Shown: positions 29,414-32,000 of the stretch, one piece after another
Numbering within the stretch: the stretch's first letter is position 1
Layout of the letters: each line of letters starts with the position of its first letter
DNA from: Candidatus Saccharimonadota bacterium
Lineage (GTDB): Bacteria; Patescibacteriota; Gracilibacteria; Absconditabacterales; Absconditicoccaceae
NCBI GenBank assembly: GCA_965231145.1
Contig: OZ246420.1
Location: 900,001-932,000, forward strand
Direction: 5' to 3'
Length of the DNA: 32,000 nucleotides
Notes under the pieces: model-generated
Seen by the model: only the letters and a program-made list of their open reading frames with translations
Told to the model about the DNA's origin: nothing
The model's database searches: none
Program-made: the position numbers and the translations under genes

Positions 29414-30088
29414 ATGGCAAAAAAGGCTAACCCCCAGACAAAGTCCCCAAAGACAGGAGCTACAGCAAAGATGAACGCTCCAAAAACTACAAAAGCCGTA
29501 TCTATAAAACCGGCGAAAAACGTTAAAGCTACTCCTTCAGTAGCAAAAAAGATGTCGCAGCCGTCCAAAGCGGTTGAGGTAAAAGCTACTAAAAAAGTAA
29601 AAAAGAAAACGTCGAATAGGCATATTATTTTGACTGTAAAAGTGCTTCCTGCTGATACATTACAAGTCCCAATACTTGATAATGAACCCGTAACGATAGA
29701 GACAACAAAGTTTATTCGCTACAGCGATGAAGAACTCAAAGAGTTCAAACAGCATATTCTTAACTTATTAAGTGACGCCAGGAAATTACTCACAGAACTC
29801 AATGGTTATGTAAAAGATGATGACATGCGAGATCAGCGAGAAGATAATACAAGACTCGCAAGCAGGCAAGTCCAATACATAGCCCACCTCGAAAAAGCTC
29901 TCATAAGAATTGAGAATAAAACATACGGTGTTTGCTCTCAAACGGGACAGCTTATTCCTAAGGCTCGTCTGATGGCAGTCCCTCATGCGACTCTCTCTAT
30001 AGAGGCTAAAAACAAGCAGCCAGAAAAGAGACGAACATACTATTCACACCCCTCGAACAACAATGTAAAAACACTTGTGTCCATTTAA
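29414..30088 (+). CDS. DksA/TraR-family protein with Lys/Ala/Pro-rich histone-H1-like N-terminal tail and degenerate zinc finger
   Basis: The C-terminus AHLEKALIRIENKTYGVCSQTGQLIPKARLMAVPHATLSIEAK lines up with E. coli DksA [43 protein letters not shown]. The four Zn cysteines are C, T, S, A here. The N-terminal ~70 aa are AKK/PKT repeats. Confidence 0.75.
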   Translation: MAKKANPQTKSPKTGATAKMNAPKTTKAVSIKPAKNVKATPSVAKKMSQPSKAVEVKATKKVKKKTSNRHIILTVKVLPADTLQVPILDNEPVTIETTKFIRYSDEELKEFKQHILNLLSDARKLLTELNGYVKDDDMRDQREDNTRLASRQVQYIAHLEKALIRIENKTYGVCSQTGQLIPKARLMAVPHATLSIEAKNKQPEKRRTYYSHPSNNNVKTLVSI

Positions 30089-30109
30089 TTCTCTTGCATA
30101 ACACACTTA

Positions 30110-30138
30110 AAAGCCTCCGTATCTGCGGAGGCTTTTTT
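30110..30138 (+). terminator. rho-independent terminator of the MAK operon
   Basis: AGCCTCCG-TATCTG-CGGAGGCT followed by TTTTT. Confidence 0.8.
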
Positions 30139-30267
30139 CTTATGGAGATAATGAATAAGTCTAAAAAATCATGAAATAAGATTTTTTAAGACGCATGAAT
30201 ATTTCTTCAAGGAAATACTGGGTCAGAATAGCAGATGTCATAAAGAAATACACTTATCAGTATTTCC

Positions 30268-32000
30268 TTACGATCAAATATTTCAGATGCTGTCTTTCAG
30301 TGATTCACGAAGTTCATCGAGACCATCGAGTCATGGATATTTGTCGAGAAGCCATAAGGCTGCTGATTGTACTTTCTCGAGGAATTCCATGTTACCAATC
30401 ACTGAAAGCGGGATGTCTGTTTCACCACTCTGGCGAACTCACAAAATCTCTCACGTCCCGCGTAACTGCATATCCATCTCTGCAAGCTTAAATCCATCGT
30501 GCGTTTTTTCCAAAGCACGAAGTCTCTTGTATGCATCTCACGACTTATACTTCGTCTCGAGGAAACAATACGACTGCAGATCACTTCTTCCCACACGTCC
30601 ACGAAGCTGATGTAACTGTGCAAGTCCAAATCTTTCTGAATTTTTAATAATCATCACGGTTGCTTCCGGTACATCGATACCTACTTCGACGACGGTTGTC
30701 GAGACGAGGAAAACAAGTTTTCCTTCTTTAAATTGTTTCATGACAAGATTTTTTTCTGCAGGCTTCATCTTTCCGTGAAGGATACCGATCTTTCACTTGA
30801 GCTCAGGATAGAGATCGACGACATTGTGAAACTCCTGTGTCGCAGACGCAAGCTCCATTTTCTCACTCTCTTCAATGAGCGGTGCAATGAGAAAGATTCT
30901 TTGTCACTGAGAAATTCTGGTAAGAATCCACTGTTTCAATTTTTTAAATTCTGACTCAGAAATAATTTTCGTATAGATCGGTTTACGACCCTTAGGCATC
31001 TCATCAATGACCGACACATCGAACTCACCGAAAAATGCGAGCGCCATGGAACGTGGAATTGGCGTCGCAGTCATTTGTAAAATATGTGGTGAGCCAAACT
31101 GTTTAAAGAAACCACGCTGACGCACACCAAATTTATGCTGCTCGTCGATGACAGAAAAAAGTAGCTTATGAAAGCCAATGCCCTCCTGCAGCAGCGCATG
31201 TGTTCCGACAACGATGTCGATAAGTCCCTGCTGAAGCTTTTGTTTGAGTTCGTCCTTTTGTGCTTTGCTGACTGAGCCAGTGATAAGTTCTACACGAACT
31301 CAAAGAGGGAGTAAGAGCGCAGCAAGTGAGCGATAGTGTTGCTGCGCGAGCACTTCGAGCGGCGCGAGAAATGCTGACTGACCGCCCATTTCCTTCATCA
31401 CATAATACGCGGCTATCGCCGCGACAATAGTCTTTCCGCTTCCCACATCTCCCTGGAGCAAACGAAGCATTGGACGGTCTTTATGAATATCATCGATGAC
31501 TTGTTTCAGTGCTTTCTTCTGCGCATTCGTCAGTGTAAACGGCAACTTTTCAATAATATCTGACACCGTCTGCCACTGCGCATCAGAGACACCAAATTGT
31601 TTTTCTCACTGATATGCAGCCTTATTGAGCAACGATGAAAGCTGTATTTGCAAAAGCTTATCGAAGAACAAACGATGCTGCGCTTTTTCTTGAAGTTCTC
31701 TTGAATCAGGATAATGCAGATTTCTTATCATCGTTGGAATATCTATGAGCTCATACATCTCCAGCAATTCTTTCGGTAAATGTTCGTGAAAAAACTCAGG
31801 GATGTGTCATATATTTTCCCACATCTTCTTCGCAAACCATACGGGCGAAATCCCGCTTAGTTCTGGGTATATTGGGTATAATCTTCCGACGTTAAATAAT
31901 TTGTCGCTAGTCTCCTCTAGCTGCTGATTGCTAGTCAATGATTCCTCCGAATTTGATTCTAAATTCTGATCTTTGATTTCTGAATTATCAATTGATTCCG
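30268..32000 (-). CDS. recG: ATP-dependent DNA helicase RecG (5' end beyond the right edge)
   Basis: ...[13 protein letters not shown]..., [13 protein letters not shown], Walker [60 protein letters not shown], ...LRGTGEILGVRQSGE. Track ORFs 31300.., 30904.. and 30538.. are in one frame. The real stop is TAA 30268-30270. The frame stays open to position 32000. Confidence 0.9.

Noticed and set aside
30219-30270. A 12-bp dyad AAGGAAATACTG-N~28-CAGTATTTCCTT just past the recG stop, as a regulatory element.
   Set aside because: It is most simply the transcription-termination or stability hairpin of recG. The large loop and absence of a clean U-run make it unremarkable, and I cannot support any other function.
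1-32000. Search for CRISPR arrays, rRNA genes, tRNA genes, integrases or other intact mobile elements.
   Set aside because: I saw no regularly spaced direct repeats, no rRNA-like conserved blocks, no cloverleaf candidates and no recombinase-like ORFs after table-25 reading. A tRNA or Rfam scan would still be needed to be certain about small RNAs.

Overview
AT-rich, very gene-dense bacterial chromosome segment written in genetic code 25 (TGA = Gly). This points to an Absconditabacteria (SR1) or Gracilibacteria type candidate-phyla-radiation genome. The supplied six-frame track treats TGA as stop, so it fragments or truncates most genes. Reading through in-frame TGA (real stops are only TAA/TAG) gives about 33 CDS. 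Housekeeping and DNA-repair genes: polyprenyl synthase (partial), rarA, dprA, mltG, yidC, rpmE, ndk, mutL, recJ, recG (partial). Envelope and surface genes: M23 peptidase, CAP-domain protein, a 556-aa Ig-like surface protein, lemA plus a TPM-domain pair, a Na/Pi cotransporter, a type IV pilin and the prepilin peptidase pilD. The track misses a four-helix-bundle (23S-IVS/Avd family) gene entirely. There are also several orphan hypotheticals. I saw no rRNA, tRNA, CRISPR array or intact mobile element. The items most worth follow-up are listed here. (1) The recoding itself, and its very uneven use between genes. (2) A ~220-nt structured-looking element present twice in inverted orientation 23.7 kb apart, each copy sitting just 5' of a gene, with one compensatory base-pair change between copies. 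(3) Two tandem promoter-hairpin-terminator modules with no ORF, upstream of recJ. (4) A three-gene operon of Lys-rich proteins that all begin MAK, ending in a DksA/TraR homologue that has lost three of its four zinc cysteines. (5) An orphan convergent four-gene block (16469-19486) that includes a 404-aa protein the track splits into pieces. All coordinates were worked out by hand. RNA ends and promoters are approximate, and no database search was possible.
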